Origin: Gnetum montanum
Lineage: Eukaryota; Plantae; Gnetophyta
Length of the DNA: 64,000 bases
Reading direction: 5' to 3'
Assembly (NCBI GenBank): GCA_015680685.1
Contig: MNCI01003467.1
Coordinates: forward strand, 124,001-188,000
The notes under the pieces were generated by a model that saw nothing but the letters and a program-made list of their open reading frames with translations, was not told the origin of the DNA and ran no database searches. The position numbers and the translations under genes were made by a program. Positions 49,231-61,469 of this stretch are shown here, in pieces. The number at the start of each line of letters is the position of its first letter. Position 1 is the first letter of the stretch.

Positions 49231-51123
49231 AGTGTAAATACCACCTCACTTGATGGATACCCACATTCTATTTTTTTGACCTCCTCCTTCCAACTCATTC
49301 ATGAAGAGATGGTCATTCATGCTAACCATTACCATAGCCTCTCAATTTTTCTAACCTTTTTATTTTTCACATTTTTGATTTTAAAATTTTTTCTAATTTT
49401 ATACCATATTTAGTACATTTAAATTTTCTTGATTATTTTACACTTTCTTATGTATTTTACTTTATTTTTTCTCTTTTTTTTCTTTTGATTAAGTGTGATA
49501 TTTTCTCATTTTTGCTAATAACTCTAATTTATTGTCATAGGACACAATGTTGTTATTTTTGTTTACTAATAATATTTTGTGCTTAATGTGTGATTTTCGA
49601 TGTCTAGTTTTTCTATTTTTGAATTCTGATGTCTAATGACTTTGACATGGTTTATCTTTCATGGGATAGATAGTGAGTCTATGTCATCCACCCATCCAAA
49701 GAACTCTATGGTTTTCCTTGTTATAGGAATTTGAGGTCCCTTTTTCATTAAAGAAAATTTTTAATCAATCAATGACCTTAGTAGTTTCAAAATTAGGAAG
49801 GATCCAAAGGTTTGTAAAGGGGGTGACTTCAAAGGGACTCAATACTCTTTGTACTATTCTTCTTGATTAAGTGCTTGAGTGTTTTTTGTGGACTTCTTAC
49901 TATTCCATACCACCAATGATAGGAAGACAAATAACATTGTTTCATGGTGTGGTTCCCATCATTTAAAAAAAATAATGGAAATTCAAAGCACACCCCTTGG
50001 ACAAATAAAAGGGCTACAAGCATTGGTTATGGGACTCAAAAGACATACACCTATGCCTAAATGTCCCCTCTAACTAAGGCCCTCTCTCTCTCACTTCCTA
50101 CTTCTTTCTTCTCTTTGTGGAATGATGGTTTTCTTGTGGGGACACTCTTGTGTCTTGAGTAGGTGGATCAGCCATAGAGTGGTGATGTGAAGTCACTAAA
50201 AGTAAATGGTTTTGGTTTGGACTGAGGATGGAATTTCTCGGGTCATTATAACCACAAATCCACAAGGGACTTCTTATGACCTTAATTTGGAACTTCATTC
50301 CACCTTGTCTATCATCCATCCATGCTACCATAACTCACCTCATTGTCAGGTTCTATGTTATGCTCTATGTCTTAGTCTAGCATATTGGGATTCTTGAGTG
50401 GATTCTTTTGGGTTGGTTCTTAACATGTCATGATCATTAAATCAATTATGGGGCCCATAGACTCCTTAGTTGAGGTTATGCAAGGGTAAAAAGGGCATGA
50501 GCCTACTATGGGGAGGATCCACTTGCACAGCTTTTAGCTTCATTAGCTAAGGTTCCTTACCTTTAACATCCTTACAATCTTATATTTTGTATTTTCCATT
50601 ATGTAAACCACTTAATACTCCTTAATCTTTCATTACATTCATCCATTAAATCAACTTTTCTCCATTTTTCCAAATTTTTGAACTTTAACATCCTCTTCTA
50701 ATGATTTCATACTATACTTGGACTTCTAGGCTTTCATTTGATTCTAATTTCATTGAAAAATTCCTTGTATTTTGAAAGTTTGATCAAAGTCAATAGTGGT
50801 CAATAGATGTGTCATTGAGATCTCGTTGGCATAGCCAACCCCATCAACGAGGCTCCATTGTTGAGGCCCCATTGTGGGCACTATATATACTATTGAACAC
50901 TTTAGAATTTTTATATAAACATCAACTTTTTCCAAGTTAATCCTTCCAACAACCTTCGAGATGATTTATCAACGATAAGGTGTAAATAGAAATAACAATT
51001 AAGTTAATTAAATCAGCCATAATCACAACTTAGCCAAGTGTAACTACCCTCAAGAGTTAAGGTATCACAATTATTTTAAGGTTATACAATGATTGCTAAT
51101 CCATGGTTCTATTATGATTGTAG

Positions 51124-53960
51124 ATGACACCCAGACAAAAGTGCCCACAGGAAGGAAAACCCTCACAACAATGGGAGAAATGACCCAAAGCTAGAAGGGG
51201 CTAGTAGGAACAAGGCCAAGAATAATAAGAGGTGACCCATGCAATGGGACCTCTTCATGAGGAGCCCAAAGTAGAATCTATTCAACAGATTCTAGAGGAA
51301 GAAGTGCCTATAGAAAAATCTCAATGAGGAGAAGTGCTTGGACTATGCCTAGGCTTGAGGTCACTCTGACTTAAGCCTACCTAGACATCATCAAATCCCA
51401 AGAGATCTAAAGATCAGTTCTTTAAGAGATAAACTTTGGACCATTTTTAGAGAAAGCTCTAGAAGATGTCAAAACACAATTGCAAACCTCTCCCATGTGG
51501 CCAATCATCACATCCAGTGGGGAGTGGTACATGGGAGAGACTTATCTCTTCTAGAACAATCGAAGGATAGGGTCTGTTGTAAAGATCAAGGATGTTCAAG
51601 TTTCCTATTCAGTAGAAGTCATTGCACAAGCACTGTGGTTTCCTAACATTGGAGCATAATTGGTAGAGATATCAACAAAAGGTGATCCTGAGGCAAAAAG
51701 GGAGTGGACCCAGCAATGTCATGGGGTTGATCGTAAAAAGTATGGTGCAATCACACTAGCAAAGTGAATTTATTTCAAGATTGTGGCCTATCATCTCAAT
51801 CCAATGGTGAGGCCAAGTAAGGTGACTACTTTCTCCACTTGAGCATGTATTGCTCTAAGTAGGAAATTTCTCGTTAACCTTCCATAGCTAATTTATTTTG
51901 AGATCAAGAAGTGCTTTAAGGAGAATGAACATGGAAGGAGGACCCTGCCCTTTCCATGCCATATAAAAAATATTTGCAAAAGGGTAGGTATTATTCACTA
52001 TTCTAATGACACTCTCAGTTATACTTCCTTGGCCTCATGGGCAAAAATCATGAAGGAAAAAACACAAGCAACCATCCAAGAAGAGGATCTACTATCACCA
52101 CCATCCACTTAGAAGACAACACCAGAGGTCCATATAGTCCTTGAGCATCTATGAAAAATCCAAGAGTAGCTCTTGAGAAAACAAGAGTAATAGGCAGGAA
52201 TGTTGGGTAGGTCCATCTATGTATCAACTAGCATTGAGTTACCTTAATGAGATGGCTCAAATAGTTAGTTAAATGGAGAAGGATGGTTCTATTTTCTCTA
52301 CTCGAATAATGCAGCTACCTTCAAGGTCGGATCCTAATGCTTAGGAGGTAATGATTTCATTAGCAACACATCATCTATTCTTAGAAATCTCTAGAAATGC
52401 TACCACTTTCTTAGTAATGTTGAAGGAAGGTGAAGAGGCAACTATCTTGGTGATGCAGCACCAAGGGAAAGAAACAATGGCAGAAGTGGTAGCTAACCAT
52501 GTAACTAAAGCATTGAATGCACCAGCAACATTTGTACTAGATGTATTTGCACTCCAAGATGTTTCAATGTCCATAGACAAGGTTAATGGAAAATTGAATG
52601 CAACCTAGCATGAACAACTGCTAGAACGACTGGTAGGAACTCTGGATATCTTTGATCTTTCAAAGAACATCACTAGAACCTAGTGTGAGCTACTAAATTC
52701 AAGGGGGAAATGCATCATTTTGGAGGGGCAACTAGAAATGGCCCAAGAGTAAAATCAATGCTTAGGCATGGAGGTTTCTAAACTTCATGCTCAACTTGTA
52801 GAGTAAAAAATTCTCAGCCTAGCAACAACAAGAGATAAAGCTATCAAAAAGCTTCAAGAATGATTTTAAAATATTGAGGAGGAAGTAGTAATTTCCATCT
52901 TCAAACAGTCTATGGAAAAATTTGAAATGCATTCAATTAAAAAGGACTTAAATTAGATGCACCAAGAAAAGGAGGCACTAACCACACAAAATCATTGCTT
53001 GTAAAAGGTTGATGCTCAAAGAAATCAAATGTAAGAATTTATTCATCAATAGTAGGAGTAGCTTGCCAAGGTTAATACTAAACTGAGGAAATTGGCCATG
53101 GAGAATATAAATTTGTCAATGGAGGAGGTACACACCTTACAACAGAAGCCTATCACTGAAATCGCCACCTAGAAGAACAAAGCTATCAAGTTTGAGTGAA
53201 AAATCACTACAAGGATCAGGTTGGCTTGCAAAAAGAAATTAATGAAAGAAAAATGTAGATGGAAAAGGATAAATTAAATGAAGCCCTCTAGCAACTTTGG
53301 TAAGGAAGAGAAATATGGCAACCCATCCTTAATGTGATTGATGCCTACAACAAAGTGAAGATCCGCTTGAAGGAGTTGTAGATTGAAGAGATGATAGAGT
53401 ATATGGAGTTGGCCAATATCTGTTATGCAAACCAGGCAATTTTGATAACTAGATGGCCATAGTCAGAATTAGGGAAGCATGTGGCTAGCTCATAACTACT
53501 ATACAAGGCCAAGTTCAAAAACCACAAGGACACCAAGAAAAAGCTTGAGATTGTTAACGCTAAACTCAAAGTTCTCAAAGGATGATTCATAGATCAATGA
53601 TCCATTGCCAAGGACCTAACTATATGGATGAATGATTACCATGAGCTAAAAAACATAGTGCAAGCATTTGACATTGAATGCAAATAGTTTGCTACCTAGT
53701 TTATCAATGCTAAGGAGTTGTTTCCAGCAATCTCATGTCCTTGGGAGGTGCCCATTCCAACCCACATTGGGAAAGATACATGGATAGTACATGATCCCAG
53801 GAGTAAGGAGGAGAAAATGAAAGCACTATTTGATGCTTTCTGCCTTCCACCTAAAGTTGTAGTAGCAGCAGGACAACCACAACCTCAAGCACCACTAGTG
53901 CATGAAGCTAGTGAAGGTTCCTTGGAGCCTTAGGAACCACCACTGCCTAGGATCATTTGA
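51124..53960 (+). pseudogene. Athila env-like / ORF2 relic: plant-transposon-protein-type domain plus long coiled coil
   Basis: Start MTPRQK; VKIKDVQVSYSVEVIAQALWFP...VNLP*LILFEIKKC...LPFPCHIKNICKRVGI; then an E/K/Q/L-rich heptad-like region at 52600-53700. Confidence 0.65.
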
Positions 53961-54210
53961 TCTTCTCCAAAAAGCTTCACATCATCAAAGAATGTGTTGT
54001 CCAAATTTTTGATCAGTTGTATCATGGTGTTCAATTTTGTGTCCTAAACACCACCATTTTTTTAATGTGTTGATATGTACACTTGGGCACTCCATTTTTT
54101 GTCAAGTTAGTCAAGTTTATTTTGTTAAAATAAATGTTAATCAATAATCCCATACCTTCCCAATTTTTTTAAACAACTCAAGGATGAGTTTTCATTTAGT
54201 CATGGGAGAA

Positions 54211-55156
54211 TGACGAGTCATCATTGGTTAGCTGCATTGACAAGGCCTCATTGATGTAGTTGATCACATCAATGAGGCCTTGTCCTTAAGGCCCTGTCAA
54301 TCCATTTTGACCTATGTTGATGATGCCTCATCAATGCAATGTTTGTTTGATGCCAATAAATATGTCCCTACCACCTTCATTTATGGGGAAGTTAAGATTT
54401 CAGTTATAGTAGAGCTCTTGCATTTTTTCCATTCAAAAGTTAGAATTTTTTCCCTAAGTGCCCATAGCAAGAGTCATTAAGTGTACAGATCTTTATTTGA
54501 GCATTGTTGTACTTGAGCATGATAGTGTGTATGGCATTAAAAATGAGCTTTCTGATAAACCTTGTAGCACTTTAGATAGATTACCTCTTTTATTTATGCA
54601 TTCAATGTTTTCAATAATTTGTTAATTATTCTCAATTTTTTCTCAATTATTTTCCAGCAATTGAGTTAATGAGATTATTAAGTTAGATAGATTAAATACA
54701 TAAGTATGACCACTTTGAGCATAACATGTATTCACTTGGTAATCCCAACAACATTATTACTTGGTATGCTTAATAGTATAGCATTTGGTCACCTAGCAGT
54801 GGATACATGGGTTCAAGATGTGTACGGAAAGTGCAAATGGATACTTATGTTAGGATTAGTTGAATGATTAGTTAATTATCAATTTAGATTAATTAATTAA
54901 ACTCCTTTTTATCTACATTTTGAGCACCTACAATATAAAATACAAAATGAAAAAAATTGGATGCCTTAGTTACACTTAATCATACCAACGTGTATCACAA
55001 GTGTAATTGGGAGGACAATCATTAACCTTAAGGCTAGATTCACTTCCTAAAGGGCTAGTGCACTAGAAATAATAAAGTCCACGAAATTCAACTGAGTCAT
55101 GTATGAATGCTTTGTGATTCATATGGTTGGGTGTAGGGGTGCCTTGCCTCTCATCA
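54211..55156 (+). repeat. 3' LTR of element E, preceded by a short PPT (GGGAGAA, 54204-54210)
   Basis: TGACGAGTCATC...CTCATCA; repeat of the 5' LTR. Confidence 0.92.
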
Positions 55157-57499
55157 ACTTTAATTCTAGTAAACCAAGTATCAAAATCAACACCTCTAAA
55201 TGTTTAGGATGCATTGGCAATGTTATATTCTAGGTAGGATATCATTTTAAGGTACTTTTTTTAGCAAAGCTATTTTACATGATATTTAATTATAATTAAA
55301 AAATAAGTTCATATCAAACATACTACATGTTCACATGTTGAAATCATATCGAAGAATCACTTGGAATAACTCTATAATTTAAATGTGAAAACTCATGTGA
55401 GATGTGTAGGAAAATGAAAATTTGATATCTTGAGCATCAATGCTCCAATTTTGATGAACCAAGGGGAAAAATCAACAATTTTGAATGTTCTAAATTGGCT
55501 AAAAAGTTAAAAATTAGTCTAAAATACTTTTTTAATACATCTATTTTATATAATATTGAATTATAATTAAAAAATCAGCTCAAAATTCAATATATAAGGT
55601 TTATTAATTTCGATGATTCCTTACCTACTCTAAGCTCTCTACTTAAAAATGCATGAGGAGAGAATTCCTTAAATAAGGTTATTATATTTCCCTTTTCATT
55701 AAGCATAAAAGTTAAGGGCCAAAATTCATAGGATATCGCCTAGGTAAAGGTTTTCAATAGAATATTTAAAAATGTTTCAAATTCTAGATTTACCACAAAT
55801 TATCTAAATATCCAAAATAAATTCAAAAATCCAAAGAAAATCTAAATATCCAAAAATGTATATTTTATCTAGGCATTTTTGAAGGCTAGGTCTTGGTTAT
55901 CCTCACTACCAATAGGAACCATACTACTATAATCAAATTATTCTTTAAATTATTTTAATGTCCAAAAATATCACAAATTTCTCGCAAAAAATCTAAAAAT
56001 GTATATTCTAAACAGGAAACTCTAAAGGCTAAGTTTTGGTTACTGTCACTATCAAAGGGACTAATCAATAGCTCTTTGAATAACCTTAATACTATCATTG
56101 GATTATCCTTTTAATTATTTAATATTCAAAATTGCCAAAAATCCATGATAGCTAAAATTCCATAAAATTCTTACAAAATAGTGTTCATATCAAAAGCTGA
56201 TCCAAAATAATTATAAAATATTCAAGAAGCATGTTAGGCAAATTTTCCATAATTCCAAAAATTAACCCAAATATAGAAATATGTATGGATAGCATTAAAA
56301 TATTATTTCTTCCTAAAAACACATGCACAAAATGATAGAAATCTAGTAGAATCTTGACATAATAGTCAAAATCATAGACAAATAGTAGGAGATTAGAAAG
56401 TAGAAATGAGAGACAAAATCCACAACAGAATAGGATAGCTATATGAAAAGAAAAGTAGGATAAACTTTCTTATGGGATCTACAAGAAAATAGTACAGTCA
56501 CATAAAAACAAAAGCAAATTAAATCTTTCTTACTTATGCTAGTAGAGCTCCTAGAATTCTCTTAGCATCTTCTTTTTCTTCCCAATGTTGTCAATTTATT
56601 TTTTAATTCACTTAGCCTATCATGCCCAAAACCCTTATAGAAACCACGATGTGATGTATCTAAGGCCTAAACCTATTTATAAGAAGAAGAACAGGAGAAA
56701 CTAAGCTCAAATTGGCTTTAAAATGAAGAAAGGGAAAAAAACATATTTTAGAAAAATGTGACAAGACATGGATTTGAAAAATCAATAGTTATAAAACAAA
56801 TGTTGAAAAAATAAGTGATAAAAATGAATGGTGGAAAAAATAGGAGGCAGTGATGAAAGAGTAACATATGTTATATGTTATATCATATAATATATTGACT
56901 TTTGTTTTCATTTCACATGTGAACATGTTTAAAATCCAATGTTGGACTTTTCATTTTTGAAAAATTTAATTTTAAATTTTATATCATTTTCATTTTTGTA
57001 AGTTTGTTTCCCCTTTTTCCTCTTTTCATTAATACCCTTGCACTCCAACACTCATAACATGCATACTGAGACTCCAAATCATTTGAACTTACATGACCCT
57101 TATCAAGTGTTCTACCAAATTATATGTTGAAATCTTATCTAGGTTTTACTTATCATGGTCTCCTAGTTCACATGTCAAAACTTTTATAATATTTTAGCAA
57201 ACTAGAAAACATGATATCTCAAAAATCGTAACTCTAATTCAACATTTCTCCATAAATAGAGTATTATATAATCAGGATATGTTTTGGTTAGGGCTCAGGT
57301 TCAAAATTTCTCCATAAATAGAGTATTATATAATCACATATGCATAATAAAATAAAAGGATGCATAATAAAGATTGTATATACATAACTAATATGCATAA
57401 AAAATAAAATATGCATTGTCAAATACTTTTAAAGGCATGATAATTGAAAAAAAGAGAAACTTCCTAGGATAATTAGATTTCAACATCTAATCATAAAAT

Positions 57500-57827
57500 A
57501 TTTAGAAGATCTATGAATGGGGCTCCAATGTTAGTGAAACAAAGGATAGAAAATTTTCAAAAAATACCCTAACAGGGAGATTGCATTAACTTATGTTGAA
57601 CAATTATCTAATCTATTTTCCTATTTTATTCTCCTGTTAACATCAATTTTTGAGCATTTTTATCCCAATAATAGGCTTTTAAGACCTTAGGTGATTGAAA
57701 AGACTACCTAAGGTACCTCAAATACCTTTTGAGGCCTATGAATCCTGAGGTAAAACTATTTCATACAAATTTCTTTGATTTCTAGTGTCATATTTTTCTA
57801 TCACTATAGTTTTTTGGTACTAGAAGG
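57500..57827 (+). mobile_element. 3' end of an old Tat 5' LTR (ends ~57808) plus decayed tRNA-Asn PBS (57815-57827)
   Basis: TAAGACCTTAGGTGATTGAAAAGACTACCTAAGGTACC...TTTTCTATCACTATA followed by TGGTACTAGAAGG. Confidence 0.6.
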
Positions 57828-57865
57828 GTCTTCAACTAATTTCTTCATCCAATGTTGAACACAAC

Positions 57866-58906
57866 TGATGAGACGCGACTTGCACTGGGCCGCGATATCG
57901 CGTCTTCTCCTGCGATATCACGTACGCGATATCACGTCCCGCCACCATATCTATAAATAAGAGGCAGCACTCCCTTCATTTGGGAAATCCTGGCTAGTGT
58001 AGCGAAGCTCTGGCAGATTGATCACTCCAGAGTTAGAATTTTTCCCCATGTGCCCACAGTAGGAGTCCTAGAGTGAACGGCTCTTTATTCGAGCAGCTTG
58101 TAACCTGAACCCAAGTTGTGTACGGCAATAAAGACGAACTTGTTTGGATAAACCTTGCAGCACGTGGTTTCATTTATTGCTTTATTTCCTGCTTTCCTAG
58201 TGCGTTCAAGTACGACTTGATTACGAGCGTCTACGGACGTGTACGGCTAGTCAAGGAATCGGCTGCTTGACGCAATGCATGAGTACGACTCAATTACGAG
58301 CATTGGATGCTTGGTAACCCAGTAGCGTATTCCAGGATTCTGCGCTTGGTAACTCCCGGGTCTAATGTGTACGGCTAGTTGAGGAATCGGCTGCTCATTG
58401 CTAGGCTAGATCGTGTGATAAGTACGACTTAGTTACGAGCACCCACGGGTGTGTACGGCTGGCTAAGGAATCGGCTGCTTATCACACGTAGGCTAAATAG
58501 GTGCCTCAGTACGACCACTTCGAGCACTTGCGTTACGTGTGGCGATCCCAGTAACGATTAGCGTTTGGTAAGCTGCAGTTGCATAGTTCAGGGTGTGTCC
58601 GGTAAGTGGGAACGGATGCTGACGCTAGTTAATTTAGACTTAGATCTTAGTTAGAGTTAGTTTAGTTTTCTCAACCCTTTCTCCTGGTAGCATAGAAGAT
58701 AAGCCGAAAATACCAAAAAAATCACATACCTCAGACTTGCTTAACCATACACCGTGACACATACAAGCAAGCCTGGGAAGACAACGAATGATTAACCCCA
58801 AGTGTTTCTTGTGGCGTTAAGGCATTTAGTCTGCGGAGTTCGACCGGATCGCGCGTGTACACTCGTATTCGTATGGTGGAGTGTAGGGGTACCTCGCCAC
58901 TCATCA
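57866..58906 (+). mobile_element. Young solo LTR (1041 bp) related to the element E LTRs
   Basis: TGATGAG...CTCATCA terminal inverted repeat; perfect TSD ACAAC (57861-57865 and 58907-58911); TATAAATA at ~57952; R/U5 homologous to the E LTRs; CpGs intact. Confidence 0.95.
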
Positions 58907-59362
58907 ACAACCATTGTTTTCATGTTTTCTGTGAGTTATATCCATTGTATTCAATGTGTGAGAGTTTTTTTTGAAGTGATTTGAATACTGACATTTTTAG
59001 CACAACATTTTTACTTCTTATCCTTGCACCAGCATTTTTTCCCTAGTCATAAACATTTCTCGTGTAGTAAAAATCCTAAAAATACACTAACCTTTGATTT
59101 CCTAGATCCTCAAAATTTGCTCTTTTTTTTTCTTGAAATCAAAGCATTGCCACAAAAATGCTATGTTTAAAACACAATGTTTGATATGCTATGTTTAATA
59201 TGTTCTTCTTATAATTGCAATTCATTTTATTTTCCTATTTTTGTACCTATATTTACATTTTATTCATCATTTCTTTTGTTGTAGTTTCTACACTTTGTAG
59301 TGTTCACACTATACATTACTACACATTTATGTTGATACAATGTATACTCTACATATAATTTC

Positions 59363-61022
59363 TGAAACACCACTAATTTTAGCCTAACAATTTGAAACAA
59401 GAACAACCCAAAGCCTCTTCAGCTTTCGGGAGGCAAAAATTTGACTAAAGCATGGGACTCACATTGGGCTTGTCAAGCCAGGCTTACCCTCAGCATGAGC
59501 AACTCCAATGACTTCAAAATCAAGTCAAAAAGGGTCCAATCTGAGGGTGCAAGTCATCCTCAAGGGTCACTATTTTCCACTTCAAGTTCCAGCATTCGGG
59601 AGTTTAGATTTTGGGCCAAATTGCACAGATTTTCCTAGCTTATGCTAAGGTCACACTGGCAGTGTGAGTACAGCATGAGCAACTCCAAGAGCCTTAAAAC
59701 GGAGTCAAAATGGTCTAACTTCAAAGGTGCAAGTCATCCTCAATATCCATTGATGACTACTTCAAGTCCCAGCCTCCAGAATTTCAAACTTCAAACCCAA
59801 AATTGCAAATATTTTGTCACTCACGTTGAGGTCACGCTAAGAGCATGAGTCCAGCGTGAGCTACCAAAAGTGGCTCAAATCAAGGCACACCCAAGCTCAG
59901 TTTTTGATATGCAATTCACTCTCAGGATCAAACAGAGTCAAGAAATTTTTGCACTCAAAGAATAGGCCTCAAAGATTAAAAATTGGTATGACGTGCATTT
60001 TCATCAAGTCACGTTGAGGTCACACTGGCAGCATGAGTACTAATCACACCCAATCAAAAGCATGTCAAACACATGCTGAGGACATGCCAAGACAAACTCG
60101 ACTCATGCTAGAAGCTTTTGTGAAACAAAAATGCCTCAGACATCCACAAAACCACTCACATCAACACCCTATAGTAGTCAATCCACCAATTGAGAAGTTC
60201 CAAGCAAGCCAGAGTTAATTTCTCTTGTTGTACATTATCATTTCTATTGTAAATTTTCATCATTCGTGAGCTTGTCAAGCTCTTATGCTCCAAATTGTAT
60301 CTACTTCTATGGGCGTAAGCTAGCTTGTGTAAGCTAATACATGTTGTAAGATACAATGCATCTAGTCAAAAACGTAGCCTACCATGTGTGTCCAACTCAC
60401 ACACAATTGTCCATCAAACACGTGTCACATCATCCATTTTCCTCTCATTTCTTAGCCGTTGATTCCATCCATGAATTCTGCACCTGAGCCTAGCTAAACC
60501 TTATAGATACCCTATCAATTCACATAAACGGGGTTGGAAATTTTGAAGGTTGACAGCTTTGGGAGCATTAACCAGCAACTTTGGACACTCAAGCACATGT
60601 GACTCCTAGCATCCAAGCACATGTGAATGCATCACCCCAGGGCTTAGCGCTTGACTTGCCATCAATACACCTAACTATGCTTTGACCGGTGTACATATTT
60701 TTAAGTAATATAATATAGTTCATTATTTCCTTCCATTACATTATTTACTCTATTTTATCTATTTCACACTTCTTTATACGCCACCACGGTTACTTTTGTT
60801 TACATTTTGTACATTACCAGTTACGATAACTCTAGCGCAAGAAGTAGCTTACGCTTAGGGAAGTCCTTGGTTGATTTGTGTGTAGAACATCCAAGGCACT
60901 CTACCATCATTTTCTTTTCTAGCTTGCCCTCATGCGAAGGCAGGGTCGGCTGTGTCTCTCTAGCAATCTTTTGGCATTCGTTTTTCCCTTCCAGCATGAC
61001 ATCGACGATTTCGGTCAGCACA
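59363..61022 (+). repeat. 5' LTR of element F with ~180-bp internal tandem repeats (59440-60040)
   Basis: Family start motif; CAGCATGAGCAACTCCAA...GGTGCAAGTCATCCTCAA repeated at 59491 and 59671, with a weaker copy at ~59852; TATA-like TATAGATA at ~60502. Confidence 0.75.
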
Positions 61023-61028
61023 GTAAAT

Positions 61029-61045
61029 TGCTACTAGAAGGAGGG
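61029..61045 (+). other. Decayed tRNA-Asn PBS of element F
   Basis: TGCTACTAGAAGGAGGG, 6 nt after the LTR CA (same spacing as element C). Confidence 0.75.
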
Positions 61046-61351
61046 ATAAATTATTTACCATCCCATCAAAACATTGATCACGCTACACTTTAAAAGATAT
61101 GTAAACCAAGTTCCAAACCCACGCTGAGCTTGCTCAAGCCCATCCTAGTCTACTCACACTAAATTAATCGAGATTGGAAACCTACAAAACTCTTACATTA
61201 TAGCCAGACTTTAAACTCTAAAAATACACCCATACACACACTGCTTAAACGAGATGCTCCATAGGCAACTAGCTAAGTAACATTCCCACCATAACCATCA
61301 ACCAATCATAGTAAGCTCCTCTCAATACTTGCGACCTGCATCTTTCCTGGT

Positions 61352-61468
61352 ACATGCCAGCTTGTCAAGCTAGCTTACACACACCAGCTTGTCAAGTTAG
61401 CTTACGCATGGCATCTTGTCAAGCCAGCTTATGCATGCTTAGCTTATCCAGGCCAATTTACTCATGCT
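61352..61468. repeat. ~27-bp tandem repeat in the leader of element F
   Basis: Four units of ccagcttgtcaagctagcttac(a/g)ca; a related motif occurs at 60268 in the LTR. Confidence 0.8.
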
Positions 61469-61469
61469 C

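Larger units (their letters stand above)
43039..55156 (+). mobile_element. Element E: Athila-lineage Ty3/Gypsy element, 12.1 kb, RT core deleted, with env-like ORF2
   Basis: LTRs at 43039-43972 and 54211-55156; TSD GCTTT/ACTTT (1 mismatch); tRNA-Asp-type PBS; gag, PR, RH and IN with no aRH; long 3' ORF. Confidence 0.92.
40873..57240. repeat. AT-rich ~2.1-2.2 kb unit in about two diverged tandem copies (40873-43038 plus 55157-57240), split by element E
   Basis: Matching blocks: 41340/55631, 41520/55850, 42030/56185, 42250/56410, 42455/56670, 42950/57160 (and 55360). Confidence 0.6.

Noticed and set aside
57245-57337. 31-bp direct duplication (ATTTCTCCATAAATAGAGTATTATATAATCA at ~57245 and ~57307) as the TSD of a tiny insertion
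   Set aside because: More simply a local repair or slippage duplication at a junction between relics; the intervening ~30 bp has no element features.
57865-57900. Hammerhead ribozyme core CTGATGAG (retrozyme)
   Set aside because: The C belongs to the TSD and TGATGAG is the LTR terminus. No stem II-GAAA follows.
58209-58262. rRNA sarcin-ricin loop fragment (AGTACGA...GGAA)
   Set aside because: Only short motif identity. There is no flanking rRNA homology and the pairing register differs.
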